Source: Candidatus Woesearchaeota archaeon
GTDB lineage: Archaea > Nanobdellota > Nanobdellia > Woesearchaeales > ARS49
Length of the DNA stretch: 64,000 nt
Assembly: GCA_014729505.1 (NCBI GenBank)
Contig: WJJS01000009.1
Span: 970 to 64,969 of the forward strand
Direction: 5' to 3'
A model generated the notes under the pieces. It ran no database searches. It worked only from the letters and a program-made list of their open reading frames with translations, and had not been told where the DNA came from. Both the position numbers and the translations under genes were made by a program. This document shows positions 61,768 through 64,000 of the stretch, one piece after another. The stretch's first letter is position 1. Each line of letters begins with the position of its first letter.

Positions 61768-62022
61768 ATGGTCATAGAAACAATTATTGGACTCGTTGCA
61801 GCTACACTCACCACAATATCCTTTCTCCCTCAAGTCATCAAGACGTGGAAAGAGAAAAGTGCGAAAGGCATTTCACAATTCATGTACATCCTCTTTTGTT
61901 CAGGAGTCCTGCTTTGGTTAGTCTACGGCCTTGTAATCTTTGATTTGCCCGTCATCGTTGCAAACGCAGTAACACTCATTCTTGCATCAACAGTACTGTA
62001 TTTTCGCATCGTCTATCACTAA
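61768..62022 (+). CDS. SemiSWEET (PQ-loop) sugar transporter
   Basis: 84 aa with three TMs. The PQ motif is in TM1 (TTISFLPQVIKTWKEKSAKGIS). Confidence 0.75.
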   Translation: MVIETIIGLVAATLTTISFLPQVIKTWKEKSAKGISQFMYILFCSGVLLWLVYGLVIFDLPVIVANAVTLILASTVLYFRIVYH

Positions 62023-62028
62023 TGTAAC

Positions 62029-63213
62029 TTGCGAGTAGCGTCTATTGCGACCAGCACTTTTAAAAATATCGACTCATTTCGCACTCTTGTGAAAACAATC
62101 ACGAGCGTCCTCATAGGACTAGTAGCAGGATTTGTCATTCTCGGAATACTTACAATAGGAGGAATCACCCTCTATTATCTGTTATCTGAACCCACACCAA
62201 CGGAGTACGGAGGATCGCCAAACATCGACCCGGCATTACAACAACAAATAGAAGGAAACGTTGTCTGGATAAAATATGAATACGGCGGACGAAGCAATTA
62301 TGGCGACTACACTGAAAGCAGTGCTACAGGTTCTGGAGTGATCACAGAAAAAAACGGAGCAACCGTGTACATTTACACCAACAGACATGTAATCGATTGC
62401 GCGTACACAGACAGTTGTCTAACAAAAAGTTATGAACGAGTACAAGTACGAACACCTGATGGCAAACTACACCGGGTTCGAAAAATACATCTCTCACCAC
62501 ATCAACTGGATGCAGCCATTCTAGAAATCACCGCCTTGGACGCTGCAAAGTATCCTGCCATCGCGCGAGAGAGCGACCTCAACATTGGAGAAAACGTCAT
62601 AGCAGTAGGGTATCCGGGCTATGCTGATCGCTTTGTCGAATTCAGCTTTGCCACAGGAAGTGTGAGCGCAGTACGACGATTACTCGCACCAGACGGTTAT
62701 GGCTTTAAATCAATAGAGTCAGATGCGTACACTTACTTTGGCAGTAGCGGCGGAGGATTATTCGATACGAAAGGACAACTCGTCGGACTTAACACGTGGA
62801 TAGACCAACGAGCATTCGATCAAAAAAGCATAGCACTACAATTCAACAGTCTGCCAGCACGACAGGAATTTCTCACCTGCACTGAAGGACAATACAGTGA
62901 TGGAGAAACGTGCTTGCCTTATTGTGAAGCAAACGAAATACCATTAGACGACGGGACCTGTGGAAAACCGTGTGAGGACTTTTATTGTTCAATGACGCCG
63001 ATGCGCGCGGACAACAGTCTACGCTGTATCGAAGAGAATGGAGAGCGCCTCTGCTGCGATCAAGGACAAATACTGGGAGAAGACGGATATTGTCACCTGC
63101 CATGCACCACAGCAGGCACGTACTGTATGGATTTTGACGCCATATGCTATAATAATGAATGTATCGTTTGTCCTCACGGTTATGAACTCTATGAAGACGG
63201 TTTTTGCTACTAA
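62029..63213 (+). CDS. membrane-anchored trypsin-like serine protease with Cys-rich C-terminal domain
   Basis: N-terminal TM. Triad contexts TNRHVI (His), LDAAILEI (Asp) and GSSGGGLFD (Ser). About 110 aa of the C-terminus carry about 20 Cys. The start is TTG. Confidence 0.7.
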   Translation: MRVASIATSTFKNIDSFRTLVKTITSVLIGLVAGFVILGILTIGGITLYYLLSEPTPTEYGGSPNIDPALQQQIEGNVVWIKYEYGGRSNYGDYTESSATGSGVITEKNGATVYIYTNRHVIDCAYTDSCLTKSYERVQVRTPDGKLHRVRKIHLSPHQLDAAILEITALDAAKYPAIARESDLNIGENVIAVGYPGYADRFVEFSFATGSVSAVRRLLAPDGYGFKSIESDAYTYFGSSGGGLFDTKGQLVGLNTWIDQRAFDQKSIALQFNSLPARQEFLTCTEGQYSDGETCLPYCEANEIPLDDGTCGKPCEDFYCSMTPMRADNSLRCIEENGERLCCDQGQILGEDGYCHLPCTTAGTYCMDFDAICYNNECIVCPHGYELYEDGFCY

Positions 63214-64000
63214 AGTTCATCAATCAATTCTTTAATCACATCAAAACCGCTCTGCCAAAACTCAAGAGAAGAAATATCAATACCTACTTCTTCAAGAATT
63301 TCGCCAGGCTTTTTAGAACCACCATACGAGAGAATCTTCTCAATCTTAGATACTGCCCGTTCACCTTCCTGCTGATAAAGACGATATAATGCGAGAACCA
63401 GCAGATTACCAAACGCGTACGCATAACAATAAAACGGTGTATGAAAAATATGAGGAATGTACAACCACTCATTCTTAAACAAAGGAGAAATAGACACGGC
63501 ATGCGCAAACTGTTCACGCAAACCTTCCATCCACGCCGCATCAAGATCATCACTCGTAGCACCATTACTAATAAGATCATGAGCTTTGCGTTCAAAGAGC
63601 ACAAAAAACGCTTGACGACCAACAGACGCATAGATATGATCAAGCTCGCGCAGTAACAAACTCCTTTTAGTCCTAGCATCAGCACCTTTTAATAATTTAT
63701 GAGTAAGAAGCATCTCAGAAAAAATAGAAGCAGTCTCTGCTAAGGGAAGAGGAGCATGAAAGGTAAACACTGAGTGATGTTGAGCAAGCAAGGAATGCAC
63801 AGCATGACCGGTCTCATGAGCCAACGTGGACACGTCATAAGCAGTTCCAGTAAAATTAAGAAGAACATAGGGCACAAGATCGGGAGTGGCACTATAACAA
63901 AACGCCCCAGAACGCTTGCCCCTGACAATATCGGAATGTACGTGCTGTTGTTCAAAGAGCATTTGTGCATGCGCATGCATACGAGGAGAAAAATCAGCAA
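63210..64000 (-). CDS. pepF: oligoendopeptidase F (M3B), N-terminus outside the window
   Basis: HETGHAVH (HExxH) and the downstream ETASIFSE Glu ligand. The reading frame stays open through 64000. Confidence 0.8.
   Translation of the reverse strand, partial: ADFSPRMHAHAQMLFEQQHVHSDIVRGKRSGAFCYSATPDLVPYVLLNFTGTAYDVSTLAHETGHAVHSLLAQHHSVFTFHAPLPLAETASIFSEMLLTHKLLKGADARTKRSLLLRELDHIYASVGRQAFFVLFERKAHDLISNGATSDDLDAAWMEGLREQFAHAVSISPLFKNEWLYIPHIFHTPFYCYAYAFGNLLVLALYRLYQQEGERAVSKIEKILSYGGSKKPGEILEEVGIDISSLEFWQSGFDVIKELIDEL

Noticed and set aside
1-64000. Search for CRISPR arrays, transposases/integrases, rRNA genes and additional tRNAs.
   Set aside because: I saw no regularly spaced repeats of 24 nt or longer and no DDE, tyrosine or serine recombinase motifs in any listed ORF. 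Apart from tRNA-Leu at 8531-8614, I saw no T-loop-containing cloverleaf. This is a visual scan only, so tRNAscan-SE, Infernal and a CRISPR finder should confirm it.

Overview
Compact, moderately AT-rich archaeal chromosome segment, almost entirely coding, with about 85 genes. All functional calls below come from motifs read in the supplied translations and from gene order; no database search was run. The gene content is archaeal core machinery: PolD DP1/DP2, Orc1/Cdc6, MCM, TBP, TFE, FEN1, Hjc, Hef, EndA, RNase Z, aIF2-beta, Sm/L37e and e-type ribosomal proteins. Together with a fused PriS-PriL primase, shortened proteins and many small Cys-rich secreted proteins, this suggests a small-genome archaeon, plausibly DPANN-like (inference only).

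Main blocks:
- 1-9.5 kb: UbiA-family transferase, Taw3, a secreted/surface-protein cluster, a DHH phosphoesterase, Sm-L37e, tRNA-Leu(UAG) and a stand-alone Cas4-like nuclease.
- 9.5-22.9 kb: TyrRS, M17 aminopeptidase, PAN, ValRS, a wHTH-FEN1-Trm5 operon, an EndA/HNH/RNase Z/Hjc nuclease cluster, TFE and a TrmB-family regulator.
- 22.9-35.4 kb: a replication island. It holds a candidate oriC with inverted ORB-like boxes, orc1/cdc6-polD(DP1)-polD(DP2), aIF2-beta, an RPA32-like OB protein, and tbp-mcm.
- 36.8-49.6 kb, minus strand: the canonical archaeal r-protein supercluster L3-L4-L23-L2-S19-L22-S3-L29-SUI1-Rpp29-S17-L14-L24-S4e-L5-S14-S8-L6-L32e-L19e-L18-S5-L30-L15-SecY.
- 49.7-64 kb: fused primase, Toprim protein, HtpX, Hef, a TraB / M50-like pair, a Hanks kinase-FHA fusion followed by a PRC-barrel / helical-repeat / zinc-ribbon / coiled-coil operon, pgi-glk plus SemiSWEET, a trypsin-like protease and PepF (truncated by the window end).

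Operon-first genes are almost all leaderless. A TTTAAATA/TTTATAAA-type box is centred about 26-28 nt upstream of the start codon, and several divergent gene pairs share one central box.

I found no CRISPR array, transposase, integrase or rRNA, and no clear defence island. The locus least explained by known biology is 54.7-59.4 kb: TraB plus a catalytically degenerate S2P-like protein, divergent from kinase-FHA plus four small uncharacterised genes. Other points worth a second look are a degenerate second copy of the secY 3' end where adk is normally found, the structured long leader of the rpl3 operon, and an orphan TATA-plus-hairpin element at 0.86-0.95 kb.
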